A stretch of DNA of 62,950 nucleotides, the filler included, from Chrysochromulina tobinii (taxonomy: Eukaryota), in assembly GCA_001275005.1 (NCBI GenBank). It is 5 parts of 5 records of this genome, joined end to end, with 100 filler letters (N's around TTAATTAATTAA, not from the genome) between each part and the next. Parts side by side here need not be neighbours in the genome. Positions count along the whole stretch, not along the records: positions 1 to 18,479 come from JWZX01001319.1; positions 18,580 to 29,851 come from JWZX01001321.1; 3 more parts are not named here. One strand, given 5' to 3'. The notes under the pieces were generated by a model. The model had not been told where the DNA came from. It saw nothing but the letters and a program-made list of their open reading frames with translations, and made no database searches. The position numbers and the translations under genes are program-made. Each line of letters opens with the position of its first letter. The first letter of the stretch is position 1. Positions 10,898 through 23,369 of the stretch are shown here, one piece after another.

Positions 10898-11787
10898 CGC
10901 GCTGGGTAGCGCAGGCGGCGCTGCGCACTCTCTGCCCGACCCAGCGTATCAGTGGGGGATCAGCGGGGGCTGGGGGCGCTGGGCGCCACCCTGCGCCACG
11001 CCGGCCCGTGCCAAGCGCTGACGAGGACGCGGACGCGATTGAGGACGCGGACGAGGACCCGGACGTGATTGAGGACGAGGACGGGGCCAATCCTGCAGCG
11101 TCAAGCGGTGCAGCACCGCCGCTACTGTCAGGTTGCAGTGGGGTGGGGTGCAGGTGGCGAGGGCGGTATCGTATCCGGATATCTTGCTTCGGTACGAGGC
11201 GGCGACGCCTTCAGTCGCCTCCAACCGGGAGAGTTTCTGGAGCGTGGGCCGTGGCACACACGAAGACGCTCGCGGGGTCGTCGCGGCAGGCCATCGCCGT
11301 CAGCTCGTTCGAGTAGGAGGAGTTCTGGACGCGCCCAGCCGCGAGCTTGCTGCCCTGCTCCTTGAGCGTCGAGCGCAGCGAGGGCTCTTTGCCTGGCTGG
11401 CCGCAGCGGGCTCCCAGCTGGCAAAGCTCACCAAACGCCGCCTAACATTCTCGTCGCTTTGCAATAGATGGTCACTCTCCAGAGTGTAGCCAAGCTCTTG
11501 GAAGGCCTTCAAGCCGATCTCGGAGACGATTTTCGGAAGCCAAACCACTCGTTCTCGTACGCCCTCTTACGTGGCCCACAATCGCGCCCGACACATAACC
11601 CACACGCACAATCCACACGACCCACACGACCCGAAGATCCAGCCCTGCTTTCAAACTGCCTCTCCCGGCGAACCCCCCTTCCCCCTTTTCCCCCATTGCA
11701 TGCGCGCTCAATGCGACGCGACAGAAAACTTGTGAGAACTTCCGACACGTGTCCGTGTGAACGTTAACACGACAGACGCGACAGCCG

Positions 11788-12744
11788 GTGCTACGGCACT
11801 GCGATGTATCCACAGCTTCACAACGGGAAGCAAGGCTAAAAGCACTCGCAGAAATGGACGAAGTGCCGGACGGTGATGCTGAGGACGATGATGCTGAGGA
11901 CGTTGATGCTGAGGACGTTGATGCTGAGGACGATGATGCTGAGGACGATGATGCTGATGACGATAAAGATATTGTCACCGGCATGCAGCTTCCCGGCGCG
12001 CAGCTGCCTAGCGCTCAACTTCCCGACTTTGGCTTTGGCGGCGACTCTACCGGCGGCCTGCTGCCGGCAATGCCCGGTGCGCTCGGGCTGCCATCGGCGC
12101 AAGACTTTGGCGGCTTTGAGCAGGAGCAGCACGGCGGCGGCATGGGTGGCGGCCGGCTCGAGCCGGTGCTCGAGAGCACCGAGCGCTCCGCCTTCTCGAC
12201 CGTTGGCAATCTCGATGGGGAAGGTGAGGGCACACTGGGCGCCGTCTCGGGCTTCGGCTCCGTCAAAAAGGGTTTCTTCGACGCGTCTTCCCTCGGCGAC
12301 GATGACGTGGAAGCGACCAGGCGGGAGCTCGCCAAGTGCCAGGCTGAGCTTGCGGCCTCGCGCGCGGAGCTGGCGGAAGAGAGGAGGAAGCACACGTACA
12401 ACGTGCGCCGCATGCTCGACGCCAACGAGGCACTCCAGGCGCAACTGCGAGAGCTCAACGGCGTCGTCCAGCGGATCGTCATGAAGACGTTGAACTTGCA
12501 GCGCACCGGCGCCGTCCCGAGCAGCGCCGTACCGGGCGGCATCAACCCGCCCAAGGGGGGTGGCAGCAGCGGCCCCTTCCCGGCGATGGCCAAGCCGGGC
12601 GCGAAGCCTAAGCCGTCCCTGACGGCCCCCGCGAATGCAGCAGACACTCTGGCGGACCACCATGCTCCCACAGCTCCCACAGCTCCACCTGGACCTGGGT
12701 CCAAGCCCAAGCAAGAGCCACCCGGCGCTAAGCCCTTCAAATGA
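11788..12744 (+). CDS. Acidic-repeat / coiled-coil protein (may be a 3' exon)
   Basis: DAEDD/DAEDV 15-nt repeats, a coiled coil (RRELAKCQAELAASRAELAEE...), and a Pro/Lys-rich tail. Confidence 0.55.
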   Translation: MLRHCDVSTASQREARLKALAEMDEVPDGDAEDDDAEDVDAEDVDAEDDDAEDDDADDDKDIVTGMQLPGAQLPSAQLPDFGFGGDSTGGLLPAMPGALGLPSAQDFGGFEQEQHGGGMGGGRLEPVLESTERSAFSTVGNLDGEGEGTLGAVSGFGSVKKGFFDASSLGDDDVEATRRELAKCQAELAASRAELAEERRKHTYNVRRMLDANEALQAQLRELNGVVQRIVMKTLNLQRTGAVPSSAVPGGINPPKGGGSSGPFPAMAKPGAKPKPSLTAPANAADTLADHHAPTAPTAPPGPGSKPKQEPPGAKPFK

Positions 12745-13648
12745 TCTCTTCTCCAAACCGACACTCTCCGATCGGGATCGCCGCCCGCCGATTTGGTTTT
12801 TTTTCAGCGGGGGCTTTGACGGCGATGACGTCTGTGTATTGTAGACGTTGTACAGAGCTTGCACAGCTTCATCTGTGGCGTCGGCCCTTCCGGCTCTGAA
12901 AAGTGAAAAAACATTGTTTAACGAAACTTCCGAGTTCAGCGTTCGGAAACAGCACATGCCACATGCCCCCCGTCGATAGTGTGCGGACGCCCGGGCGGGG
13001 GCGGGGGCGACCTCCGGCGTTACCGCGCGCCGGAGCCGAACCGCTTCGTGTCAACCGGCGGCGTCGACGGCGGCGGAGCGCCGAGCGACCCGGCCCGCGG
13101 CCGGGCGCGGGCGACGATACATCGGAGACGGGACGTGGCTGGTTCGGAGTCGGACATGCGATGCCGATGGTGCATGCATGGAACCATTACTGTGCGGTCA
13201 CGGCGGTCTTCTCTGTGCATCACACTTAAAGGGATGTTAAATACTTAAATTAGCAAACAACGGCGGTTCGGGTTCGCGCTTCGCGGCGCGCTCTGACTTC
13301 TAGGCGCGTTCAAACGATCACGTTCTCGCATCTCGGACGACGTCACGAGACGTCGTGACGTCGAGATCAAGCGGTGGAGCGGAGAACTCGCATACCAGGC
13401 TCAAGCGGGACTTGGACTGCGAATCTATCTTTATCAGACACGCCGTGCGCGGCGCGTACGCAGCTCGCATGGCGCGAGCATCCTAGTGCTAGCGTCGACC
13501 GGGTCCCCACGGGTCACATGTGCTCATCATGTGCGGTGACGGGGCGCGCGGCCGAACTAACGATCCCCTGCGCGCTCGTTGCCGCGCGCTCTCGGCTCGC
13601 CCTCGCTTACGCCGTACCGAGCCTGCGCCACGGCTGGTGTCCCACAGC

Positions 13649-13900
13649 TACGACTTCACAGCTCCGACTTCACAGCTCCGACTTCACAGCTCCGACTGCA
13701 CGTCCCCTTACATGCATCTTGCCTCATCTTCTCATCTTCAAGAGCCACATCGGCATCATCCAGATCATCCATCCCATTCACCTCGATAGTTCATGAGCCC
13801 CAAGCCTTGACCTCGCCCGCTATCCGGCTTCACACGCGCGCAGGCTTCACACCCGGCTTCACACCCGGCTTCACACCCGGCTTCACACCCGGCTTCACAC
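13649..13900. repeat. Minisatellites: CGACTTCACAGCTC x~3 and CCGGCTTCACAC x~5
   Basis: Tandem copies at about 13649-13696 and 13842-13900, sharing a CTTCACA core. Confidence 0.8.
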
Positions 13901-14186
13901 GCGCAGCTCGCGGGCCGATCTTCATCCTCAGAAGCGGAAGAGCCGCCCGCCGTGCGCCGTGTGCCCTATCGTGTGCCCGATTGGCGCGTTCACACCCAAA
14001 GTCCCCTCAGCACTGCCCGGCGTCGTCCCGGGCGACGGTTGGCGCACCCCCTTCTTTCGGACCACGGTGCCGCCAACGGCCCTCAGCTCGCGGTGCATCG
14101 TCGGAGTTGCGATGCCTGACGGTAGGGTGGACGGTAGGGTGGACGTGAGAGTTGAGCGCCCCGACCAGTCGTCCTGCATGCAAGGG

Positions 14187-17100
14187 CTACCAGGGAGATT
14201 CTGCGAGCTGCCGGGGAGATTCTGCGAGCTCCAGGGCGCCACGTCCGTGAAGCTCCTGCGCCGGCTCGGCGTCTGCGTCGGAGTGCTTGATGACGGGGAC
14301 GTCCCGGCCGCCCCCTCCTCTCCCCCCCGGTGCCGCACAGGGCCGTCCTCGTCTGACGAATCCGGTTTGGGCAGTGACGAATCTGTCGGTCCCGTGGGCT
14401 TTTTTCCGCCTTCCCCCGAGCAACCCCCCCAGCCGCCGTCGAGGCTCCGCTGCGGCCGTATGGTGGTTCGTATGGTGGCTCGCGTAACTGTTCGGTGAGG
14501 CAGCGGCACTCGCGGCGGCGCTCCCCATCGGGTTCCCAATCGGGTCGTTCTCCTTATCGCGCTCCCCACTCGCCCCGCGCCGGCCGGCGCCGCTGCCTTC
14601 ACGCTTCGATGGCTTGCCTGTCTTCACAGGCGCCGGCGCGAGCTGCGCAGGCGCATTCGCGTTGGATACGCCGTTGGCGATCTGGACGGGCGCGGCCGAG
14701 GGCTTGGGTGCGAGCGTCTTGTTGAGCGGCGCCACCTCCACGCTCGCCTTCTGAGGGAGGAGCTCGTCGGGGAATTCGTCAATGACGAGGGGTCCATCCC
14801 AAGATCTCCCAATCGATCTCCCCATCGGGAGCGACCCCATCGGGCGAGGCCTCGCCGCCTCCGCCCGTGCGTCTCTCTTGGCTGCCTTCAGCTGCCCGAC
14901 CGCATCATGCACCGCCGGGGCAAGCGGCGGGGGCAGCGGCGGGGGCGGCGCCGGGGGCGAGAGAGCGCTCAGCTCCAGATTCGTGGTGACCGACGAGGTG
15001 CCATCTCCGCGAATCTCGATCTGGAGCCTCGGAGATGGCAGGACCCGAATCTCAACCCGCGGCGTGGTCACGATCTGCATCGTCGGCGCTCGAGCGAGCG
15101 AGTCAGCACGCGCCTCGGAGGCCGCCGCCCGCGCCGCCGCCGCTGCGTCTCGCGCGCGCCGCGCGCTGAGCGAGCCATCTCTATCCCCATCCCCATCCAC
15201 GGAGGTCGCGGCGGCGGCGGCGGCCGAGGCGGCGGCGGCGGCCGCGGCGTTGGGGAGGCTCGTGAAGATGGGTGCTGTGAAGGTGGGTGCTGTGAAGGTG
15301 GGTGCGGCAGCAGTTTCTGCTTCGACCACTGGCGCCTTCACCGGCGCCATCGAGGGCGCCGTCGCGGGCGCCGTCGCCGTCGCGGGCGCCGTCGCCGTCG
15401 CGGGCGCCGTCGCCGTCGCGGGCGCCGCTGGGGACTGTTTGAGCGGCGGCGGGGCGGACGGTTTGGCGCGCGGCTCAAAGGTCTTCATGAGGGCCTCGCG
15501 CGCCCGCGCCGAGTTGAGCGCCTCGTGCACCACCGCTGGGGAGGCTGCCCGTGCCGCGGCAGCCACCGCCACGGGCGGCGGCGGGAGCGGCGGCATGTCG
15601 ACCGGTAACACGGCCTTGTTGCTCGGCGGCTGCGGCGCCAGTGAGGCCGTAGCAGGCAGCGACGGCGGCGCGAGCTGCAGGCTCTTTTGCAGATGGGCCC
15701 TGGCGCGCGCGCTGTCGGTCGGCTCATTGACGACCGCGGGTGAGCCTGCCTGGGAGACCGCCTGCACGGTGGATGGCGAGTGGTGAGTGACGAGGCAATC
15801 AGGACGCAATCAGGACGCGATCAGGACGCGATCAAGAGGCCATCAAGAGGCCATCAAGAGGCGATCAAGAGGCGATCAAGAGGCCATCAAGACGCAATCA
15901 GGATGCAATCAGGAGGCCATCAAGAGGCCATCAAGAGGCCAAGAACGGCACTCGCCTGAACGGTCGAAGTCGCTCGCTCCGACCAGACACCGTCCCGTTC
16001 GGTCCAGCCCGACGCCTCCGAGCTCTGGACCGATGGCGGCGCGTACCTGTGGGGAAAGGGGAGGACGCGCGCGCCGTGGTGAGCACTTGCATGCGCCCCC
16101 CCCAAAGCTCGAGCGCTCTGGACCGATGGCGGCGCATACCTCGAGGTGCGCTTGGTCGCAGCTGCCGCCACGGCCGCCGCGAGGGCCGCCATACCTACCC
16201 CTAGGGCGGTGGGACCATCCTTGACAGGCGCGGGAGTCACGCACGCAGTGCCCTTCGCGGGCGCCGTGTCGGGCGCGCTGCTCTTCAGCGGGAGGGGTGG
16301 CACAGCCGGGTGGCGAGCTTGTGGAGGCGGCGCCCTCGTCGGCAACGGCGGCGGCAAGGCGACGATAGGTGGCGGCACCGGAGGTGGTGGCACAGCTGCC
16401 ACAGACACGGCGCTGGCTGCCACGGCAGCAGGCGCGCCTGCGCCCGCCGCCCTCGCCTCCGCCGCCCTTGCCTCCGCCGCCCTTGCCTCAGCCGCCCTTG
16501 CCTCCGCCGCCCTTGCCCGAACCTCAGCGGCTGCCGCACGCTGCTCGGCGGCGGCGCGGGCGGTCTCAGAGCCAGCACGTTCACGCCTCGCCACCTCCGC
16601 CTCCGCCATCGCCGTGTGCGCCCGCGCCTGCGCCGCCGCTGCGGCCTCGTGGCCACGCGCCTCGGCCGCCCGCGCCGCCGCCTCTGCCGCCTTCGCCGCC
16701 GCCTCTGCTACCATGGCCGCCGCCTCGGCCGCCCGCGCCGCCGCCTCGGCGAGCTTCGCCTGCTCCTCGAGAACCGAACGCGCTGTGGTGAGCACTTGCA
16801 TGCAAGGCAGGTCATCAGTGGCAATCAACGTGCCTGCTCCTCGAGTGCGGAACGCGCTGTGGTGAGCACTTGCATATGCAAGGCAGGTCATCAGTGGCAA
16901 TCAACGTGCCTGCTCCTCGCGCTCCACAGCACGGCTGACCGCGGCCTGTGCCTGCTGCTCGGCCGCTTGCGCCGCCTCTGCGCGCTCCGCCGCCGCGCGA
17001 CTCGCCGCGAGCGCCTCGGCGAGCTCCTGCTTCGTCTTCGTCAGCTCGGCGGTCGCCGTGAGGTTCGTCAGCTCGGCGGTCGCCGTAAGGTTCGCCACGG

Positions 17101-18118
17101 CCGCCTTCTCCTTCTTCTCCTTCCGCCGCTGCTGCTGCTCGAGCTGCTGCGCGGCCGCACGCTCCGACTTGGTGGCAGACAGCTCCTGCGCAGTCGATTG
17201 AAGCTGCATCGATGCCTGCGACAGCTGGTCCGCTTGGCGGCGGATAGTCGCGGTCAGCTCCATCTCCCTCTTCCTGAGCCGTTCCACTTCGCGCCGCTCC
17301 GCTTGCGCCTCCGATCGGTGCTCTTGAACGAGCCGATGGAGTGCCTCCGCCTGCGCGGCCGCCTCGGACGCCTCCCGCCTCGCCGCGTCCGCTTCTCGCC
17401 GCGCCGCTGCCGCCTGCTCGGCCGCCTGGCCCACCGGCGCATCAGCCTCGATGCGCGCGGCGGCCGCCTCACGCAGCTCGCGCAGTTGGGCTTGAAGCAA
17501 CTCGGCCTCGCGCCGCGCCTCCTCGGCCTCGCGCCGCGCTGCGAGGACTTGGTCATCCGACGCCACCGCTGCGCCATGAGCGCGCGCCATCTCCGAGGTG
17601 ATGGCCGCCGACGCCTTCGCCGCTGCCTCGGCCGTCGCGGCGCCAACGTCGCCGCCCTCACCCGCGCGCGCGGCCGCAAACTCATACGATGCCATCTTCA
17701 GAGAGTCGCGCAGCGCAGGCACCTCGCCAGCGAGCAGCGCGCGCACGCCGAGCTGCACGATGTCCGCCTCGCGCTCGACGGTGCGCCGCAGCTGGCCCTC
17801 GAGCAGCGCAAGCTCCCCTCGGAACACAGACATTGCGACCATCACCTCGGCGCGCTCGGCAATGCGGCGCGCGCTGTTGTGCCTCTCCTTGGGCTGCGAC
17901 ATCGTGATGTTCAGCTGCATCGGCGCCGCCGCGGGTGCGTTGGGCGTCGCCGCCCCGGGAGGCGGCGCGACGGCCAACGCGGCAACCGATCGGCGCGCCT
18001 CGTAAAGCTGCACATTCGAGAGCTGGAGCGCCTGGCGCGTCTCCGCGTGCGCGGCGCGCTCGGCGCGCAGAAGCCGATCCACACATCCCAGCTCGAACTG
18101 CGCCGCCTGCGAGTACAT
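14187..18118 (-). CDS. Large Ala/Pro-rich coiled-coil protein; exons 16910..18118, 16140..16759, 15956..16046, <=14187..15761
   Basis: Three predicted introns link the three long ORFs in phase. A probable frameshift at the T-run near 14400 would extend the gene to about 13928. No family recognised. Confidence 0.6.
15762..15955 (-). other. Duplication+repeat intron D (GC-AG, 194 nt)
   Basis: Upstream exon ends TCGACCGTTCAG and the intron ends TCCACCGTGCAG (both read STVQ|A); filled with 11-mer T(C/T)TGATGGCCTC-type units. Confidence 0.8.
16047..16139 (-). other. Duplication intron E (GT-AG, 93 nt, in-frame)
   Basis: First 25 nt match the next exon at 24/25 (GTA(T/C)GCGCCGCCATCGGTCCAGAGC); contains GCATGCAAGTGCTCACCAC; ends CCCCTTTCCCCACAG. 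Confidence 0.8.
16760..16909 (-). other. Tandem double intron F (two GC-AG units, 76+74 nt)
   Basis: Unit is GCACGTTGATTGCCACTGATGACC...ATGCAAGTGCTCACCACAGCGCG...CGAGGAGCAG; each unit ends with a copy of the upstream exon end CGAGGAGCAG. Confidence 0.8.
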
Positions 18119-18479
18119 AATGGCCCACGAGCGGCTCTCGAATGACCTTCGAAAAAGGGCGGGGTGTGAAGATGGGTATGAAGTGAGAATAAAATAAATG
18201 AGGAGCTACTTGTGCTTAAATAATTGATGAACTTCGTGCAAAACGTCGGTGCAAGACGCGACTTGCGGTTCGTCAGTTCCGTTGCGAAGGGGCGCGGTAC
18301 TGTACCGAGCTGTACAACGACGGCCAGTTGTTTTTTTAGTGCCCGCCGCCCGCCCGACTTCGCAAATCGCCAGCTTGGCCAGCTTGCCAAGTCGCCTACG
18401 GAGGAAAGCACCTCTTCCTCGAGCGTGTGCGCTATCACCTCTTTCAGCATCTCGGGCCGCCTGTCGAATGCAGTCAATG

Positions 18480-18579
18480 NNNNNNNNNNNNNNNNNNNNN
18501 NNNNNNNNNNNNNNNNNNNNNNNTTAATTAATTAANNNNNNNNNNNNNNNNNNNNNNNNNNNNNNNNNNNNNNNNNNNN
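18480..18579. other. Artificial contig linker
   Basis: N-run + TTAATTAATTAA (stops in all six frames) + N-run. Confidence 0.98.
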
Positions 18580-20785
18580 TGGAGTGCGAGCGTCACCTTC
18601 TCTGTTCTCGCCACCGTCGCTGTCATCGCTGAGGAGACAGAGATGGCCTCGATGACGAAGGTGGAGTCGTCCTTCCACTGGCCCTGGTAGTTCAGCCCCA
18701 CGGGCATCGAGACGCTGAAGAGCGAGTCGACGTACGCCGAGTTGCCCGCGACGGCGCCGCGCCCTCGGTCGGTCGCCTGGTCGAAGACGATCGAGATTTG
18801 ATCTCCGGCGCCAAAGGTGGAGTCGCCGTGGTCCGGATCGTCGACGGAGACGAGCACGATCGAGGGAGTCACTCCGAACTCGGCGCGGAAGGGCGCGAAG
18901 CGATCGTCCTCCGACGCGACGATCGGGCCGACGAACGAGTTCGCGCCGTTGCACTTGCGCGCCGTGCTGAGCCTGCACCCCTGGTTGCGGACCCGCCCCT
19001 GCGTCTTGACGAGAATGGCGCCGAGCTCACTGTTGAGCTGCGAGCCCGTGCCGTCGACGATGCTGATCACGAAGGTCGAATCGTCCGTCCACTCGCCTTC
19101 GTACGCGTCGCCGAGCGCGACCGAGAAGTTGAACCAGGTGCTCACCACGGCGGCGGGCACCCGTTTCCCGATGTCGTATGGGCACACGCCCCAGGGCGCA
19201 GCGACGGCGGGCGGGGTGGCCGATTGGCAGCCGAGGTCCGTCGCCCGGTCAAATGTGAGGCGGATCACGTCGCCGAATGCGACCGTTGCGTCGCCAAAGT
19301 CGGGGTCCTCGCCCACGACCGAGACGAGCACCGGCGGCTCGTCGAGGCCGCAATCTCCCGTGAGCACGGCCGAGATCTCATTGAGCGGCTCGGAGGTGCC
19401 CGCGAGATTTCGGATCACGAGCGCGTCTCGCGGGCGCACCTGATGAGGGAGGCAATCAGAGGTCATCAGAGGCATCAGAGCCCGTCCATCTGGAGCGTCT
19501 CGCGGGCGCGCACCGTGCACGTGTTGTTCGGGTGCACGTGCCCGTCGGCCAAAAAGGGCGGGAGCGACCGGTAGGAGGGCTCGAGGATGGCGATCTGAAA
19601 GATGGAGTCGTCGAGCCACTCGCCGCTGTACGACTGGCCGAGCTGTGCATTGAACGCGAAGAGCGAGTCGACGTACTCGCGGTCGCCCGAGTACCTGCCG
19701 AGCATGGTGCTATTGGAGCGGTCGGTCGCCATGTCGAACGTGATGCGCAGCTCGTCGCCGGCGCCGTAGGCGAGATTGATGTCATTCGGGTCACTCGCAG
19801 AGAACTCGATGATCGTCGGCGTGCCCACGGGGCCAACGCTGCCCGTGATGGGCCAGCGCCGGATGACGGGTGGCGTGGTCGCGTAGTTGTTGAAGAACGT
19901 GAGGTAGTCCTCGCACTGTCGCGTCGAGACGCGCGACCACGAGTGTGGGTAGCGCGGCCCGAGCATGCGGCCGTAATTGTCGAGGCCGCTGTTGTCAAAT
20001 TGGTCAGTGGTCCGCGGCACGCTTGGCGGCGAGGGCTCGCCGTAGGCGCACGCCGGCACGGTGACGCCCCCATAGCCACACACGAGCATCGGGGCCTGAG
20101 AGGCCGAGAAGGACGTGGTGACGAACCAGGCGCCCGAGCGGAAGTTGGGCGGCTCGGCGCGGTTTTGGTGCGTCAGGTTCGAATCGAGGCTGCCGGCATC
20201 GACCACCTCCACGCGCAGCGCTTGTGGGCTCAGCCAGCTGCCGCGCAGCTCGTAGCCGTCGGCCGCCTGACGCACCGAGATGTTCAGTAAGGTTGGCGTG
20301 AGCACCAAGAGATCGTGAACCACGAAGCTTGGCGCGACGGTGGCTGACCAGCCGGAAAGCTCCCGATCCAGCACCGCTCGGAGTCCCGCAAGCATCGCCG
20401 CGCTCGCTTGCACGCCCGCGGCAGTGAAGGCACCAAGCTCGGGGGCCCAGACTGTCCCCAAGAGCGACACTGCGAGTGTGAACGCGCTCGGATCTTGGTG
20501 CGTCGTCTCGAGCACGGTATCCGCGCTGGTAGAGTTCCTAGACACCGGCGAGTTGGACGACACGGTGGGCTTGAAAGCAGTGAAGGGGAAAGTGCCAGGT
20601 GCGGAGATCCGTCCACCCTTTGCGACGATGAGCGCTGAAGTGACACCGCTCAGTGAGGCGGGTGAAGTGAAGATGGTGGTGCCTGGCTGGATGGTGAGCG
20701 TCGTGCCAGACGTGACGAATACCTGGTCCGTCAGAACGTATTTGTATGCTGCGAACTGCAGTTCGAATTCGGCGAATGGCAGCAC
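18580..20785 (-). CDS. Large extracellular-type repeat protein, partial (runs into the gap); intron 19440..19513
   Basis: Three copies of a module 'DPD...(Y/F)GAGD.(L/I).I.FD.ATDR....YVDSLF.F...LG..Y.GEW.DDS.F.I'. The 5' part (about 20540-20785) looks like a fragment of a different family. Confidence 0.6.
19440..19513 (-). other. Duplication+repeat intron G (GT-AG, 74 nt)
   Basis: GTGCGCGCCCGCGAGACGC versus next exon GTGCGCCCGCGAGACGC; CTCTGAT units; ends CTCCCTCATCAG; splicing joins two ORFs in frame. Confidence 0.85.
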
Positions 20786-21236
20786 AAATCAGCACGGTGG
20801 CAGTGTCATTTTGGTGACGTGTTTGAAGGATCACGTGCGTGCGTACCCAGGTTTGCGATTTGATGTTGCCACTGACTTGGAACATGTCCTCGAAAGCTTG
20901 TGCGTGAGCCGTCGCCACGGACAACTGCGCGTAGCAACGGGGGGATAGAAAGGGGGGGTCCCATCAAGACATGACTCGGCGCTTGACCAGCGAGGGTTTT
21001 CAGGGCTTCAGGGAGTCGGGTCTCCCGTTGATCTCCGCAAGAGGCACACCGCAAAGAGCGCTGTGCGCAGCATCCCAAACGAGCACGGCTCGACCGTGCA
21101 GAAGAGAGCCGTCGTCGTCAAACTTCGCGATCGTCGTCGTGGTTCTCCTTCGCAATCTCCCAATTCATAGCAATTTCGCAAGCAAGTCAAAGGCAATAAG
21201 TGAAAAACTCTCCAACAAAATCCACAACATTTTGCT

Positions 21237-22462
21237 TCAAACTTTTTTGCATGCAAAGAAGATGGTGGAGAAGGAGGTGAAGGTCATGGAGGAGGGCAGG
21301 GCGGCACGGCGGTGGCGGTGAAGCAGGGGGCGATGGCAGAGGCGGCGAAGGTGGGAGGGGAAGGTTGGGGTGGCGAAGGCGGAGGGGGGTGTGGGCGGCG
21401 AGGGTGATGAGCGGAGAGCTTGGCGGAGGAGGTGAGGGTGGCGGTGTCGATGGCGGTGGGCGTGGCGGAGCCCGGAGGAGGCGATGGGGATGGTGGCGGT
21501 GGCGAGGGTGGCGGTAGCGAGGGGGGTGGCGACGACGGCGCCTTTGCAGCGCGTGGGGAAGGGGAGGGAGATGGAAGTGGATGACTGGGCGGTGGGGGAC
21601 CGGTGGCGACGGCGCCTTGCAGCGCGTGGGGAGGGCGGCGGCGGCGGTGGCGAGGGTGGCGGTGGCGAGGGTGGCGGTAGCGAGGGGGGTGGCGACGACG
21701 GCGCCTTTGCAGCGCGTGGGGAAGGGGAGGGAGATGGAAGTGGATGACTGGGCGGTGGGGGACCGGTGGCGACGGCGCCTTGCAGCGCGTGGGGAGGGCG
21801 GCGGCGGCGGAGAGGACGGAGGTGGAGGCAAAGGAAACGGAGGCAAAGGAAACGGAGGCAAAGGAAACGGGGTGGCGGCGAGGGCAGCGGCGGCGGCGGC
21901 GGTGAGGGCCGCGACGGCGGGTGCGGCGGCGGCGAGGGCGGAGGCGGCAGGTTGCCGAGCAGGATGAGCCCACACCCCTCGCCTCCGGCTCCGCCTTGTA
22001 AGTCGACGCCATGCACCAGCGGCGGAGAAGTCGCCGCCATGCGCCAACGACCAACCATAATGGCGGTGATCTCATTGTTTGCACCCACCATCGCATCACG
22101 ATGCCACACGCGCACGTACCAAAGATTGCCCGACGACTCGCTGGGCGCGGTGCCGCCGTACGTGTAGCCTGTGATGCCCTCGATCTGCGTGGTGGTCGCC
22201 TCGTTGATTGGCACCTTGCCGAGCAGGATGAGCCCACGCCCCCGCTACCACCGACAAGGGCAGCACAACTCTTTGAGAGGCCATCGCAAGTCTTGGAGGT
22301 ATCGGCGGCGGCGAGTGGAGTGGATGCCCACCCATTCAGCACTTTACTGGTCTCGTTGGAAAAGGTTGCCGCGCGACAAAATCTACCGGTAACAGTTTCA
22401 AAAACACCGGGGGGAGCGAGTACACTTGGACAGACACACGAATAACCGGGTTGATCACACAA
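21237..22462 (-). pseudogene. Decayed Pro-rich extracellular gene mosaic with an internal ~165-nt tandem duplication
   Basis: SPPP runs shift between frames; fragments GLILLGKVPINE...IEGITGYTYGG...SSGNLWYVRVWH...NNEI; duplicated block at about 21500-21800. Confidence 0.5.
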
Positions 22463-22828
22463 ACTCCCTCAAAGAACCGAACCGACTCACAGACGCACGC
22501 ACCGGCTCGCAGTCCGGCACCGCGGCGCGGCGTCGAGCGCCAAAAACGGTGCCACCGATTCAAATGACCCCTCAGCAGGCCGACACGAGATTCTCGAGCG
22601 TCCCTCCCACCGACGATGCGAACGCGCGCGCGGCGAGGTACTCTGCATTTACTCCTGCACGCGCCGTGCAAAGGGCCCGCGCGGCGCGGGCGTCGTCTCC
22701 ACCGGACAGCTCGCGAGCAGCTCGAGTCGATCCTGCATCATCTCGCGCTCCTCATGCCGGTTCCGATCACGCTGCACGCGCCCGCCTCCGTCGTAGCACC
22801 CCCTGACAACTCACCAAGAGCGTCGCGC

Positions 22829-22918
22829 CTGCGCCGTACCCGTCGAACTCGGCGTATCGGAATGAGGGAGGCGATCAACGGCACTCAGCGGCAATCGGTG
22901 GCACTCGGAGAAACTAAC
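22829..22918 (-). other. Putative orphan repeat intron H (GT-AG, 90 nt)
   Basis: GTTAGT...CCGAGTGCCA CCGATTGCCG CTGAGTGCCG TTGATCGCCT CCCTCAT...GCGCAG; no clear host gene. Confidence 0.4.
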
Positions 22919-23369
22919 CTACAGCGGACCTAGCTTCGCGGGTCGGCAAAAATTGCGCCGGCCGAGCGGCGGCAGCAGCTATTTGCATCAGTCGATCGGG
23001 ACGACCTGACAGCCAATCACGGAGAGAACATCAGCGTACAAGGGGGAGGGCGATCAACATGCCATGGAGAGAAAGAGAGAGAGAGACACCATCAACATGC
23101 CAAGAGGACGCAATCAGCAAGCGATGCGAGGACATGATCGGGCTCCACGATTCTCACCGAGCTTTGGACGAGATCATCGAGGCTCGGCCGGCCATCGGCG
23201 GTGATCAGCCGCTGCATCGCGGGGTGGATGAGTCGAGCGCACTGCATGCTCCAGCAGGCGTGGAGGAGCGCGACGCTCGTAAGCAGCCCGAATGAGAGGA
23301 ACTTGAGCGGGTGCGCATCCTGGAAGCTGAGCAGCATCTCTCGCTCAGCGCCGTCAGCATGCTTGATGA

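Noticed and set aside
18480..18579. TTAATTAATTAA palindrome within N-runs (four copies)
   Set aside because: Identical 100-nt synthetic six-frame-stop linker joining contigs; not biological, and synteny across it is meaningless.
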